A DNA stretch of 63,925 bases, filler included, from Lenisia limosa (lineage: Eukaryota > Protista > Breviatea): NCBI GenBank assembly GCA_001655205.1. It is 16 parts of 16 records of this genome, joined end to end, with 100 filler letters (N's around TTAATTAATTAA, not from the genome) between each part and the next. Parts side by side here need not be neighbours in the genome. Positions count along the whole stretch, not along the records: positions 34,811 to 39,682 come from LPNZ01004315.1; positions 39,783 to 42,733 come from LPNZ01011695.1; positions 42,834 to 50,667 come from LPNZ01001118.1; 13 more parts are not named here. One strand, 5' to 3'. The position numbers and the translations under genes are program-made. Position 1 is the first letter of the stretch, and every line of letters begins with the position of its first letter. Positions 34,811 through 48,600 of the stretch are shown in pieces. Under the pieces are notes generated by a model that was not told the DNA's origin, ran no database searches, and saw only the letters and a list, made by a program, of their open reading frames with translations.

Positions 34811-37151
34811 GTGGGAAGAGAAAAGTGGGAAGGGTAGATATGACATGGTTCGGACCAGGGTTTGCAATAAAGCTAGCCAACCTGGAGCACCGAAGGGATT
34901 GTGGCTCTCATCATCATCGACAACGACACTGGTCTTGGCCTTCTTTTTCTTGGTCTTTTTAGCCTCAGGAGTAACGGCTTCTTCCACGGGCTCAGCCTGG
35001 CCGGGTAAGTAATGAACCAACGACAACTTGTGTTAAGGGGTTGGGCAAAAACTTTAGGACGGGATGGATGTGGAATTTGAGGATTTGAGCACAAATGATC
35101 AATACTCAACAGCCACCGCTTACTTCCGGCTCTGCAACCGGCTCAACCGCGGGCTCTTCAATCACCTCCGGCACTTCAGCAACCACTACGTCGTGACGGG
35201 GTGGCAAAAGAAGAAGGAACATTAAAATAGGCCCCAAATGGTATAATAATTGCCAGTCATTCACCTGGAGGGGGCACATCGAATGGGTTCTCTTCGGCCT
35301 CGGCGGCGGGCTCCTCTGCAGGTTCAGATGTCTGGGTCGGCTCTGTAGGCTCAGATGCCGGCTCGGTATCATCGTCAGCAAACAGATTGACCTTCTTCTT
35401 CTTCACTTTCTTAACCTGGGGGGGGGGGGNNNNNNNNNNNNNNNNNNNNNNNNNNNNNNNNNNNNNNNNNNNNNNNNNNNNNNNNNNNNNNNNNNGAGGA
35501 ATTGCAACTTGAGATTCCAAAGAAAAACACACGGCAAACCTTCTTCTTCTTCTTGGGGGTAGACTCCTCGACGATTGGTTCTTCGGAAGCCTCTTCCACC
35601 GGTTCCGACTTGAGTTCCGTTTGAGGTTCCGACTGAGGTTCCGACTTGGGTTCCGATAACGGCTCTTCAATTGGCTCCACAACAGGCTCTTCAATTGGCT
35701 CTTCAATGGGCTCGGGCACGGGCTCAGTCGCAGCAGGAGGGACGTTGAAGGGGTCATCTATCTCCTCGGGTTCCCGCGGTTCCTCAGTGGTCTCGGCTGC
35801 GGCGGCGGGAGGAGCATCGAACGAGTAGGGGTCTTCTTCGACAACTGGCTCAGGTTCCTCCTCCTTGACAACCTTCTTCTTGCGTCCACGCTTCTTCTTT
35901 GGCGTCACCTCCGCCTCCGGGGCCTCTTCCACCTCTTGTTGAGGCTCCTCAACTGGCTCAATTACTTCTTCCTTCTCTTCAACTTCTTTAACTTCCTCCT
36001 TCTTCTCTTCCTCTGCCTCCTTCTTTTCTTCCTTCTCTTCAACCTGTTCTTCTTCCTTCACCTCTTCATCTAAAGATGTCAAACGAACAACTCTACAACA
36101 AAGACACTAACTTAATAATCCGTCCTCTTTGTTTCAACATTTTTATGAACAGAAAACAGCCAAGCCATCCACACCCACTCTTTTACTCATCATCAGCCAT
36201 CCACACCCTTTTGTCATCATCAGCAAGCCATCCACACCCACTCTTTTGCTCATCATCAGACGACATGGGGGTATCTTCGTCCTCCTCTGTCTCGAGTCCT
36301 TCAAGCTTGCGTGTCAATCTAGAGGGTCAGGGGCTTATGCTGTCTTTTGAGCTTAGAATATCCTTGCAGGTGATAAAGAGTAGTTTTGCAGTGATATACA
36401 GAATCAATACGCAAGTCAAAGTTGGCGAAACCTGGATAAAAGAGGACTTCGCAACCCACTTGAACGTTTCGGCCTTGATGACAGCGAGGATCTTGGAGAC
36501 AACCTTGCTTCCGAGGTAGTGTTTGTCAGGCTTGGTGCTGTTGCGAAGCTTTTGGAACACCTTGTTCATCACGCCGCGCACGCTCTATTGGGGTAAGCGA
36601 GTGGCAGAGAACGGTTGCCTTGCATTCCACCCACAAAAACGCACTTCCTGCACAGAGTATCCTTAAAAATGATTCAGAAACGATAGAATTGCATTCCCCC
36701 ACTTGGATCATCGAGGCCATTGCCTCAGTCTCCTGCAGCTCAAGTTCGTCCCTCGCGTCAGATACGGCCTCCCTGCAGCGTAAAGGGGGGGATATGGCAG
36801 CGTAGCGGATTTGATGCGGTAGATAGTTTTCTTCAAGCCTCCCTCCCCCCACTCCAGTTGTTGAATGTTCTCCTCAAGCTCTTCGACCTTCTCATCCATT
36901 GCTGCCTGCATTCTCTCCTTCACTCGACGAGCAAGGTCCTGTGGGGGGGAGGGGGTAAACGAAGAAGATAGCAATGAAGAATGTTGGAGGAAATATACTA
37001 TACTCATCACAAACCACATTTTCTCAAATTCCTAATGAAACAAACATGAGCACAAAAAACGCAGAAAACAAATCAAAAACTAACACAACAAACAAATTAA
37101 AAAGGGGTTGTGATAACAAAAAAGAAGAAGAAGAAGAAGAAGAAGAAGAAG

Positions 37152-37182
<31 letters not shown>

Positions 37183-39650
37183 CATACCTTGGCTTCCTCA
37201 CGGGTCTCATCCATAGCCTCCTCCCATTCGGCCTCGATTTCCTCGACTTCAGTAGCATGATCAGCCTCCATCTTCTCAATGGCTGCGGTGTGGGACCTAA
37301 AATGTTAACCGGATAATAGAAACTTGTATCTGGCCTTATGTATCCTGTCAAAGCTCTCAATAACATGTTATGAATTAATATGATGACGCTTTGATACTCA
37401 TAGCCGATCCACCTACTCTTGAGTTTCCTCCATTGTAGCCTCATGCGCCTCAACTGTGTTGACCATATCTTGCTCACTCTTCTCAATGGTTGATTCAAGC
37501 TCGATCCTGCTGTGTTAGACCAGAAGGTGGGCACAACTGGAATTTTGCGGTTGACAACGGTAATAGGTAATACAATTTTGAACCGCAAATGGGAGAGAAA
37601 AGTCCAGTCATTCACCCAAGCTTTCAAATATAATAGGACCTTAAGACCCACTTTAAGCACTCAATTTCCTTAGTTGTATCAGCCTCGTTTTGTGCAATAA
37701 TAGCCTGGATAAGTCAGAGTAAGTCCGTCGATACCTAATGGGAATGAAGAAGCCAGCAAACCTCGAGCTCCTGAATTTTCTCAGCATGTTCTGCCTCCAT
37801 AGTGGCAATGGTATGACGGTGGCTGGCCTCAATATCGGCAATCTGGGGGGGGGGGGNNNNNNNNNNNNNNNNNNNNNNNNNNNNNNNNNNNNNNNNNNNN
37901 NNNNNNNNNNNNNNNNNNNNNNNNNNNNATGAAAAATAATATGAAAAATCCCAAGATGTTTCAAAAACACAACAAAGAAAAGCAGAAACAGGAGTAAGCG
38001 TACCCTGTCCCTTGAGCTAGACACTTCGGCGTTGGCCTGGGCCCTGATTTCGCGAGCGTTGGCAAGTGCCTCCTCCAGCGCTTGGTTCTTCTCGGAAAGA
38101 ACAACAATCTCCTCGTTGGTCTTGGAAGCCTCCTGCTGCATGCTCGAAAGCTCGGCCCGCGCCTACAATGTCAGATCATTAGATCACTGCAAAACACAAT
38201 GCAGTGCCAAAATGACTGAATATCAACCAAAAAATTTATATATGACACATAACTCAATTTGATCAGAAGCTATTGAAAGGCACTGATGACTTCTCCCTTA
38301 AAATTCGATCCTCACGTTCTGCAGGGTGGAGATATCGGACAAGGCGCGTTCCAGCTCCTCGAGCTTCACCTTGTGTGCCAACCGCAGATCTTCCAGTTCT
38401 CGTTTGGTCTGCACTGTCAAAAATATCGCCAGTTGCCACGGGTTGTAAGAGGTTCAGCTTTGAGAAGGCCAAATATGTAGAGGCTTACATGTTATGTTTA
38501 CGTGCGTGTAATTAACCCCCCTCCTACGCTTTGTAATTCACGAGTAGTGTCTGTTAATGCAAGTTCAGCAGCGTGAATGTCTGACTCAAGATGCTTCTTC
38601 TGCTCTTTCACCTGGAAAGAGTTAGGAGAGAACAGATCATGCATTGCCTAACAAAGCCAAGTTTTACCACAATAAACCCCTACTTCACCACAACTGTCTT
38701 CACACTTATCTAAGAAATCCCCACCAGCCTGACCCAGTCCAGACCTGGAGCAGCTGTTTTGCTGTGGCATCGTAGTTATCCGAAAGAGCCTCGTTTCTCT
38801 GCTCCATCATCCGATTCTGGTCCTCTATGGGGGGTCAGGCTCCGACAAGTCAAGAAGACTTGAACACTGATAATACTGCTAGGGCTTTACTTCGGTTCGA
38901 AAAAAGACCGGATTTCTGGATAAATCCACGAAAATCCTCGATTTTTACCGGTCTTTTTCAAACCGAAGTGAAGCCCTAATTACTATTCATGGATAAGCTA
39001 ACGCAGAGTGAAAAGAATCCCCATAACCCACCAATGAAGCGTTCGTTCTTCTCATGGAGACTTTGGATCTTCTGCTGAAGAAGCTCAACCTTATGCTGCT
39101 TCTCCTGGGACTCGCGGGCTAAACGCTCATTTTCGTCAAGGATTCTTTGGACCTGGGGGGTCATGCACGTTGTAAGAAAAGGAAGAGCGGAAGGAGGGAG
39201 GAAAGGGGAAGGAAAGAAACAAGCACGCACCTGGGTGATGATTTCGATACCCATTAAGGGGTCTTCATTTCCGCCAGTGGGTGTTGTCTTCTTGCGGTCC
39301 TGAGAAATCTACAGAGTTATACTAAAGTTCAATCCCTTGGCAAAAGACATGCTCCCACCTGGGCCATGGCTCGCTCCACATTATCAGCGAGGTTGTCCAC
39401 CTTGGTTGACACGTTCTTGACAGAGAAAATAATGTCATGTTGGTTCTGGGGCGTGAGGAAGACAGAAACTGTTGGTGAAAGACGATAACAGTGACACTAC
39501 TGTTATGATATTTAAAAATGCTTGGGAAACTTATGTGCCCTGTATCTTAATTAAAAAAAGGTACATGTAATCCGAAATGAGATCCCGGCCCCTGCCTACC
39601 TCAAGAACAGTTTTGTTATTTCGTTGCAATCCATCCAAGGTATCTCTGTC
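34811..39650 (-). CDS. FKBP15: FKBP15/WAFL-like coiled-coil protein, C-terminal multi-exon portion
   Basis: VQRILDENERLARESQEKQHKVELLQQKIQSLHEKNERF, NRMMEQRNEAL and MRGVMNKVFQKLRNSTKPDKHYLGSKVVSKILAVIK parallel recalled FKBP15 segments (IQRIIQENERL; NLMMEKRNNSL; KIMNQVFQSLR). An E/P/K-rich tail with DPF/NPF/NLF motifs follows. Confidence 0.72.
37123..37160. repeat. (GAA)n microsatellite, intronic
   Basis: Uninterrupted GAA run between FKBP15-like exons. Confidence 0.9.
38880..38978. mobile_element. hAT-type MITE copy (TAGGGCTTC family)
   Basis: 31-32-bp TIRs TAGGGCTT(T/C)ACTTCGGTT(C/T)GAAAAA(A)GACCGG; flanks AATACTGC and ATTACTAT (5/8 match); lies in an intron of the FKBP15-like gene. Confidence 0.85.
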
Positions 39651-40401
39651 GGAGGATGAGAGAGAGGCGGAAGTTGGGGCGGNNNNNNNNNNNNNNNNNN
39701 NNNNNNNNNNNNNNNNNNNNNNNNNNTTAATTAATTAANNNNNNNNNNNNNNNNNNNNNNNNNNNNNNNNNNNNNNNNNNNNTTCTGATCCTTCTTCGTG
39801 GAACTGAACGCCAAAAGAACATTCTTCTCGCGACGCCGTCTAAGACAATATCGTGAGCGGAGCAATGTCTCACCTTGAGACCCAGAAAGCAGCATTCAAA
39901 GNNNNNNNNNNNNNNNNNNNNNNNNNNNNNNNNNNNNNNNNNNNNNNNNNNNNNNNNNNNNNNNNNNNNNNNNNNNNNNNNNNNNNNNNNNNNNNNNNNN
40001 NNNNNNNNNNNNNNNNNNNNNNNNNNNNNNNNNNNNNNNNNNNNNNNNNNNNNNNNNNNNNNNNNNNNNNNNNNNNNNNNNNNNNNNNNNNNNNNNNNNN
40101 NNNNNNNNNNNNNNNNNNNNNNNNNNNNNNNNNNNNNNNNNNNNNNNNNNNNNNGTGAACACCTTGACCACGCCACTCTCACACCTCCATGATGACATTA
40201 TTAATGGTGCACTGGTCTCGTCAAAAGATATTACCAATGCCAAGGTTGTTCTGCAGTCATTTTTCCTTGCCCAAGACGAGTACACGGGAAACTCTGACTA
40301 CGGCAACTCTTCGGAGCACCAATTAAAGGACGTCTGTGGTCTCCAGGTTTTGTTGGTGTGTTATAATTAATTTGACTGGTATCCCTATTTTTTCTTCATC
40401 T

Positions 40402-40520
40402 TTGGAATCGTGCGATGATAATTCTTATTAGGAGCACGTCGACCCCCGTACCCACTTTTTGGAATCGTGCGATGATAATTCTTATTAGGAGCACGTCGAC
40501 CCCCGTACCCACTTTTTGGA
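40402..40520. repeat. Perfect tandem duplication of a unit of about 57 bp
   Basis: TGGAATCGTGCGATGATAATTCTTATTAGGAGCACGTCGACCCCCGTACCCACTTTT occurs twice. Confidence 0.85.
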
Positions 40521-42339
40521 ATTTGACTTCTTGGTCAAGTCTGTTGACGCTCTGCTTCCAATCCTTAACGAGGCTTCTGGTGCTGATGGTTAGCGACGTG
40601 TCTCATTCAACATCGGTTCCTATTCATGTTGTTTGATATAGTATTTGATTTACATCTTATGTTGTTTGTTATAGTAATCTTGTAATATATATCAAATACA
40701 ACATATTGTTATCATATCACCTTTTAGATGAAACAATTGAGTTTTCCCAAGATATTGCCCGTCAACTCCTGATAACTAAAGATGANNNNNNNNNNNNNNN
40801 NNNNNNNNNNNAATTAAGCGGACAAAAGGCTCTCATGATCGCACATACCCTTGAAGGGCATGGAATCCGCCTCCGAAAGTAGGNNNNNNNNNNTAAAAAG
40901 GCTCTCATGATCGCACATACCCTTGAAGGGCATGGAATCCGCCTCCGAAAGTAGGCGAGAAACAGATCGCTCTTCATCTATGACATGTTTTTTTAATATC
41001 TTCAGGTTTNNNNNNNNNNNNNNNNNNNNNNNNNNNNNNNNNNNNNNNNNNNNNNNNNNNNNNNNNNNNNNNNNNNNNNNNNNNNNNNNNNNNNNNNNNN
41101 NNNNNNNNNNNNNNNNNNNNNNNNNNNNNNNNNNNNNNNNNNNNNNNNNNNNNNNNNNNNNNNNNNNNNNNNNNNNNNNNNNNNNNNNNNNNNNNNNNNN
41201 NNNNNNNNNNNNNNNNNNNNNNNNNNNNNNNNNNNNNNNNNNNNNNNNNNNNNNNNNNNNNNNNNNNNNNNNNNNNNNNNNNNNNNNNNNNNNNNNNNNN
41301 NNNNNNNNNATTTTGATATTTGAATTTTGGCACAACGTCTTGTCGTATACATAATATATCATATATTTATCTCTTTATAGTGTCTCCAAAATATGGTGTT
41401 ACCTGACTGTCCTCTTCGGCTGCTACTGTCACCACCCCCGTCAAGCGTACCCACCATTTGTCAAGAAGAAACAAGAAGCGATGACCAGTCAGATTTCAAT
41501 GAAGATGATGATGAAGATGAAGATGACCTCCCCCATCGTTTTGGCGATCCTCGTATTATCACCAACATCGTTTCTTCCCCGCCGGCGCGAAGCCACCTCT
41601 TCCATTACGATGCCTGGCTCCTGAACCGACGCCTATTCGCAACCCTGATCATGTACAGCCACCAAAATTATGCTCGCTTCGGACAAGAAATGCTCCAAAA
41701 CATGAGTATGAGTGCCACGACAGAGCTAATATGTTCAATCCAAGGAGAAAGAGTGTGGTTACTTGGTCGGTTCCTGAGGATAACAGCGACGGTGGCTGGA
41801 GAGTAGTTACCGGATTTCATTTGAGCCGCAAAAACGATGTCACCAGACTTCCGGATGTCTGCATGCTGGTACGTGTGAAACATGACTGTTTAACTTCTTG
41901 TTTCACGTAAATAGCTGCCAAAAAACTCAACTCCCCCAGTAATACTAAACTCTGGGTGTTTATAATCAGATCTTAGTTGCCCTCCTGTTGCCTCCATTTC
42001 GGCTCTTTCCCATCGATAAAGAGTGAATTTGTGAAATTATTAGAATCGGGAAACATTGGCCAGATCTAAAAGCTGTAGGCCCTCTTTCTTTTAATCAAGG
42101 AAGGCCTTTCTGGGTTTCCTAGCTGAACGAAAACGGTTAACTTTATCAAAATAANNNNNNNNNNGGTTGGTGGAAGTATATATATGACGTGGATGGAAGG
42201 CTGTAAGTAATGAAACAACAGGTTGAACAGCTGTTTGACATGTCAAATTGCAATTTTTGATGTTGACAGCCAATTTGGTTAAGTTGTGTCCCTGAGATTT
42301 TGCGAGTTTCTGCCTTTACTTTAGTTGAAGAACGAAAGA

Positions 42340-42630
42340 CAATTCACGCTGCCATGGCAAAGGCCAGGTCAATGCCAAATGGAATTTACCACCCTTACAA
42401 TGCGTCTCCTCGTGATATTGCCGATATCAAACGTCGAAAGACCAACCTCGATAAGGTTCTTCAAAAAACCAAGGGTACAAAGCCTCCACCTGACGCAACT
42501 GCTTCTCTACGCCCCAAATCACAATTTGACAAAGATGCCATCCTGAAGCATGGAACAGATAATGAGCCGAACGCTCTGTTTACTTTTATCACCAAGTTTA
42601 TGAAGGCCGCATTGCCTCCCTCTGCAAAGG
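42340..42630 (+). CDS. Exon of a second YqaJ-like gene
   Basis: KTKGTKPPPDATA...AILKHGTDNEPNALFTF carries the YqaJ G-x3-E-x2-A motif and parallels the 27.5-kb copy; ends at a GTGAGC donor. Confidence 0.5.
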
Positions 42631-45600
42631 TGAGCAGTACTGAACATGTTATCTACATTTTGTCATACTCTTTATTGATTTTTAACATTGTTGTGATAAT
42701 TTGTTATACATGTGTCATCTGTTTTGATCATTTNNNNNNNNNNNNNNNNNNNNNNNNNNNNNNNNNNNNNNNNNNNNTTAATTAATTAANNNNNNNNNNN
42801 NNNNNNNNNNNNNNNNNNNNNNNNNNNNNNNNNCAGAAGGAGAGAGACCCACAGAACCCATGGGGCACACGCAGCGCGGAACAACTGAAAAAACAAGCTG
42901 CTAAGACGGATAAGGTAACCTAATTCCCCTAGGAATGCGGAATGTGTACCATCTTCTGAAAACCTGTTGTTATGCTTTCAATTCTCACCGTCGCAGCCAG
43001 TCACGGAGACAGCCCCAGTGCCAGCGGAAAAAGACAAGAAGGAGGCGAAAGAGGTTGGTACTAGAACCCATTTGTACAGAAGTGTAACACGGGATATGGA
43101 ACTTTCATCATTCTGACATTCCCCCCTTTCAGCTGCATTGTTCTTTTTCTTTTTTTTTCTCACAATCTCCAGACAAATACAGTTCCCAAAGCTGTTATGG
43201 ACGTTGACACTTTCAAAAACCTTGTTAAAGCAAGTCTTAATCGCTCTCAGTTTGTGGGTGTAATCATTCTCTGTTGCCTTTTTGACCAAGAGTTGAAGTG
43301 GCATCACATGGTCCACTTTTTTATTGTTATTAATAAACTTGTGGGGTCTTCAGGCTGCAATGTTACCTGCTTTTGACACATTTTTAGCAAAGATGCATTC
43401 CATGAATTGACGACAGTCATCGCTTCGGCCTACATGGCAATGTCACCCTCGGTGGCCCCTGGAATATCAGGTCAGATAGTTTGGGGATCAGCGACATAAT
43501 ATCTATGTATTTCGGTGGTACTGAAGATTACATTTAGTAAGTTAAATTATTTATTCACAANNNNNNNNNNNNNNNNNNNNNNNNNNNNNNNNNNNNNNNN
43601 NNNNNNNNNNNNNNNNNNNNNNNNNNNNNNNNNNNNNNNNNNNNNNNNNNNNNNNNNNNNNNNNNCTTAGGGATCTTATTTTCCAGACCTGTTGACAACA
43701 AGTCTTCCCTTGAGCATTCTTGCATCCATCCACCAGCCTACTCCATACCCCTCATCTTGCCCTGTACAATCCGTTTGTGGCTGTTCTTTGGATGATATCA
43801 TTGTCTTTTTGTAGGGCTTTATTACCAAAAAACGGATAAACATGCATCTTCGCTCAATATCGACATTGCTTTTTTATGTTGCATTAATTTGCAATTTTGC
43901 CTTTGGTTTTGTTTCCTTACCTCAGTTTAGGCCCTTGTCCTTCTTGCTGCAAACCCCGAGCTTCTAAGGTGAGCATATATTGGTCTCTTACCCGCCCAGT
44001 CACTTTGCCTTTATTGACATGATGACGTCACCTGAGGTTGAAGACACGATAGGTTCTAAAGCCAGGAAGGAGTGGGCAGTTGGATTTTCGTTGGTTGATT
44101 TCTATCTAATGATGTTTTTTGTACAAATACAAAATTATCTCCATATATAATAGTATATTCTTTTTCTTGCGATAAGAATATTTTGTCTCATTCTTTAGAC
44201 TTCTTCAGATGCCTTTCACAAACCTTTTGTAAGATGGATGTGCATTTGATTTATTTGGGCTTAGTAACTCTTCCCTTTTCTGAGTTAACCGCGTTAATTT
44301 CTCAGCGTTCGTGCAATGGGCCAATTCTCTTCAACTCTTTCGATTATTCCTAGTCTGACTTCGACAATTGCCAGTCATTCTGGTGCAAAGGTACGCACAT
44401 ATTGTAAAACTATTAAGCCTTTTTCGACTATTATTTGAAAAACGGCTTGAGCCATGGTACAGGACCTAACTGTGTCAGACCGTTTGGGACGTGGTAAAGT
44501 TTCTCATGAAGCGATTAGCCGCAGAAGCCACCAAATTTGGTAGGTGACATTGGATATAGAGAAACATAATAACAGAGATTGTGCTACTAGTTTTAGTTTG
44601 GCAAAAACGATTTTGTTACGCACAGGTGTTGACATTCATAGGAATCAAATATGAGGATGGTGTTGACTCGTTGTTGTCTCGCCATATTGAAATCTCCGAG
44701 AGTTTTGCTGACTTCACTTCCTCAGATTCAAAAGACCTGAAAGTAAGGAGAGTTTATCACCAGTTTTCTGTTACGTTGGCTATTTGCTTACTATTAAGGA
44801 TGTCGTCGTAAACACCGAGAAAATGACTGCCCAATCTGTTTTAGTTCAATTCCCAGTGGAATGGGTTTGATGGGTTTATATTTCCTATTTCCTATCACTA
44901 TTATTCAGAAGATCACATTTTTAGACTGCTTCAAGTTACGGGAGCAATCCTTCGATATTGAGAGGTTTGCTGACCTCACATACGCAATCATGAGAAAAGA
45001 GAGGACACTATTTTGTCATATAGTACATATTTTCTGCCTTTTGAAGCGACTGATCTTTTTAGCGATTTGTCAAGACGAGTCTGGTTCCTTAGCCCCATAC
45101 AAGAAAACAGTATGCTTAAGAAAGCTGGAATTTACCATCACAAGTGGAGCTTATTCTGGTGTATCAGAATTGAGTTTTCAAATATAGAAAATATGAAACT
45201 TACTTAAAGAACGAGAACTGATGAGACTTTTGTGATTCTTTAGACCAAAGATTCCACCCCCGTTGCAATGCTACTTTCAGATCCCTCAAAAGCCCACTTT
45301 GTGGTTGAAATGGTTTGTTTCATCATTGAAATATTATAATTAATAACTTTGTAGTCTTTTCTCCAATTCAAGAAGTCTCCCAAGGATCTTGCCAAATACC
45401 TCTCGATGCCTGAGGTACTGCATTGGTGAATTGCAAAAATTTTATGGACAAATATTTGAGACTTATTCTTTCTTTTGTGGGCCATATATTTTTGAACTCA
45501 CAATGACTTGTTAACTTTACATATGATACTAGTGACGTTTTAGGATGTTGTTACAGAGAGTTTCTCATCAAAGTCGCCCAAGTCAACCACTAGGCCTAGT

Positions 45601-48600
45601 GGGGTGGGGTGAAGAGAAACTATGTCATTAACCTAGCACTGTATCAAGATTGGTGTTTTTCTTCTCGTTGATAGTTTTCTTTTTCCTTGTGACCCCAATT
45701 TAGAGGTTAAAAAGACCAAGTCATCGAAAGCTCGTTACTCATCCAAAAAGCAGGCCAACTAGATCCTAGGCTCTAAGCTGGATGATAGAAGTTTCACACG
45801 TTTATGGGGTTTGAGTCGATTAAATCATCGAGGTGTTATATTCTCAGCTTTCTGTTCTGACTGAGATGAAGGTCCAATGATCGATCAACTCTCATTGCTA
45901 ACCTCCACCATAAAAAGACCACTTATGATGTGGTTAAAAACAAATTCATCAGACACCATAATAACAAAATAACAAACCAATATTCCCAAATTGTCTGAGC
46001 ACAATCAGTTTAGATTCTTCATTTCCCTGACCAGTTAAAGAAGTGTATAATCCTTACTGAGCTCTTTTAACGAAAAGATTCAATCCATCAACCCAAAATT
46101 GAGCAACCTCGTATTGAGATTCGCATTTGAGGCGAATTACGCGAGAAGGAGAAATTATCTAGAAGTGTCAACAAAAGTTATATTTACATGGAATTCATCT
46201 TGATTGACCATTTTGACTTCTTCAACGGTATCCAAAGGAATGGTTTTTCTTGCAAGAGACCCAGGTACTCGCCAACTGGGTTAAAACAACAACAAAAAAA
46301 ACGAGAAAGCAGTCCCGTTATCCACGATTGAAACGTATTTTGGTGCGAACAAAACCTTTCCTTTCTTTTTGAGATAACCTCCTTTGACTAATGGACTGTT
46401 TCGAAGTTCAAATTAGTAAAAGGGGAAAACCTTTGGTGAATCCTATTCTCTCAGCAACATTTTGGGCAAATTTGGGCCAAGCTTCTTCAGCTTAAAGGTC
46501 AATTGTACACTATCGTACCAAGCCATTTTTGTATGATGTTTTTGGTGTTATCAAAAAGATATGGTAGACCAAGCGGGTAGTTCTCCAAAAGGTACTGTCT
46601 TTCGGTTGAGGATACCCCAAGTGTGGCAAGAGTCTAAATAGTGATATCTTGGACACACATACGCTGGTGTCGTTGATAATGAACTGGATTGCAATTTTGG
46701 CCGCGAAAGCTGGTCTTCCAGAAGGCCGCTCTAATTCATAGCTTTGAATTTTTTGGAGTAAACTCAGGCCGGCTACTGCTACTTTACTTGACCTCCAGTT
46801 TTCAGGATCTAAGAGGAGTGAATCGTAATGACATAATAAAAAAAGGGATTACCCTGAACTATAACATTTATAATTGATGATAGTATATGCTTCAATTATT
46901 TGAAAATGCTGTCAGTGACCCTCAAACTGCTTGCACAGAACGAGAAATAGCAGTCCCATACACGGCCATCCTCATTGACAACATCAAAGGAAAACTGCCC
47001 AATTTGCTCAAGAATTCTACAGCAGTAACAATGGTGATGTAAGCAAACGTTGTTTCCTCTTCCGCTTTGAAGCCAGAAAAGTCTTTGAATGGGGTGTCCA
47101 TCTAGATGTGAAAATAATGAATAAAAACTCGGCGCTGTGACCTACCGAATTGGGGAGCTCGCCATTTGGCTAAGTTTGTGAGGAAAGAAATATTCTACTG
47201 GTCAGACCCAATACTCTCCATGTAGGCAAATTATTAACATATATTCCATTCATTATTCGGTATGTTTCTTAAGCAACTATTATGTCGTCATAAAAGTGTT
47301 TCTCAGTATCGAACAAACATTGTGAGAGGTGGAGACCATATAACTCCAAATGACAGTTGGGAGATGCGGGGTTTCTTTGAGAATTGCAGGATAGGGCGAA
47401 ATCTCTTTGATGTGGTCTTCTTGATCATCTAAAATAAGTTAAGACACAAGCATATAGTAGTATTATATGCATACATATTAAACTAATATATCATATAACA
47501 GTATCGCATATCATATACTATACATATGTTATATTATATGATACTACCATAAAATATGAGAAAACAGGTTTCATTTACATTCTGCATGACAACTTCGCGG
47601 ACATCGCCTCTTGCACCTCCCAGCATACCAATAGGCAGCGATGTTTTCCAGCGGTCTCCTACGTCAGCCACAGTTTCTGAAGTTTCTGAAGTTGATGGCG
47701 TTGTCGTCTTGAGATATCATAAAAAAATAATACTGGCCTTACAGGGGTTTGATGAAGAGTTTGTCTAACATGGTCTGCTAAAGAAAGGTCCAACACTGCT
47801 TCGGATGCGGCTGTATGTAAAAACAACTTAGTAGACTCAAACCTTCAGTGACGTTCTCCCTACGGAAGTTAGAAAGAAAAAAAGGACCATTAAAAACAGG
47901 AGATTATTGGACATCCCATCAAACCCAGTGACAGTCGTTTGGAGTGATTCAAAAAAGCGTGTTACAGTGAGGCTAAGTCCCCAGAGGTAGCCAAGAACCA
48001 GAGCTATCGCAAAACAGGTTCTGTGTTGATCACAAGATACACACAACAAACCTAAATACAGGAACAAGTTCAACGTTATTAATATCGAGGGCCGTATTAA
48101 CAGTTGAGAATTGATTGTTAAATGAAAGGTGCTGAATGGTGAGATTAAACGACTCCTACCAATGCAACAACGATGGACAGTGATGATGCGGGAAGGATGG
48201 TCCAAAGGACAACTCGCAGCACAGGCCTATACATTAGAGATATACAGTAAACAGCCAACCTTGCGTCATATTTTGTCGATAATGAAGGAGATAGATATGG
48301 AAATGGGATTGGTCCCCACATTCGAGGCATCCCAGATAAAAACTAAAGTCATTCACAAAAAAGGCTTCTCAAACCGAGTAAATAAGGAAGGCAACACTTA
48401 AAGTTACCAAGAGAGTCTCCAACACCTCAGGAACCTCACTGTCAACGAGAGGTGATTGCCTTGTTGTTCCACCATACTCCTCCCGCATGCTTACAACCGA
48501 AAGTAAATAAACAAAGAATCCACCGCAAATAACTATTAGGTGAAAAAACGAACTGTCCAAACTCACATGAGACAAAACTGAGTAATGTGTGGTAGAAGGC

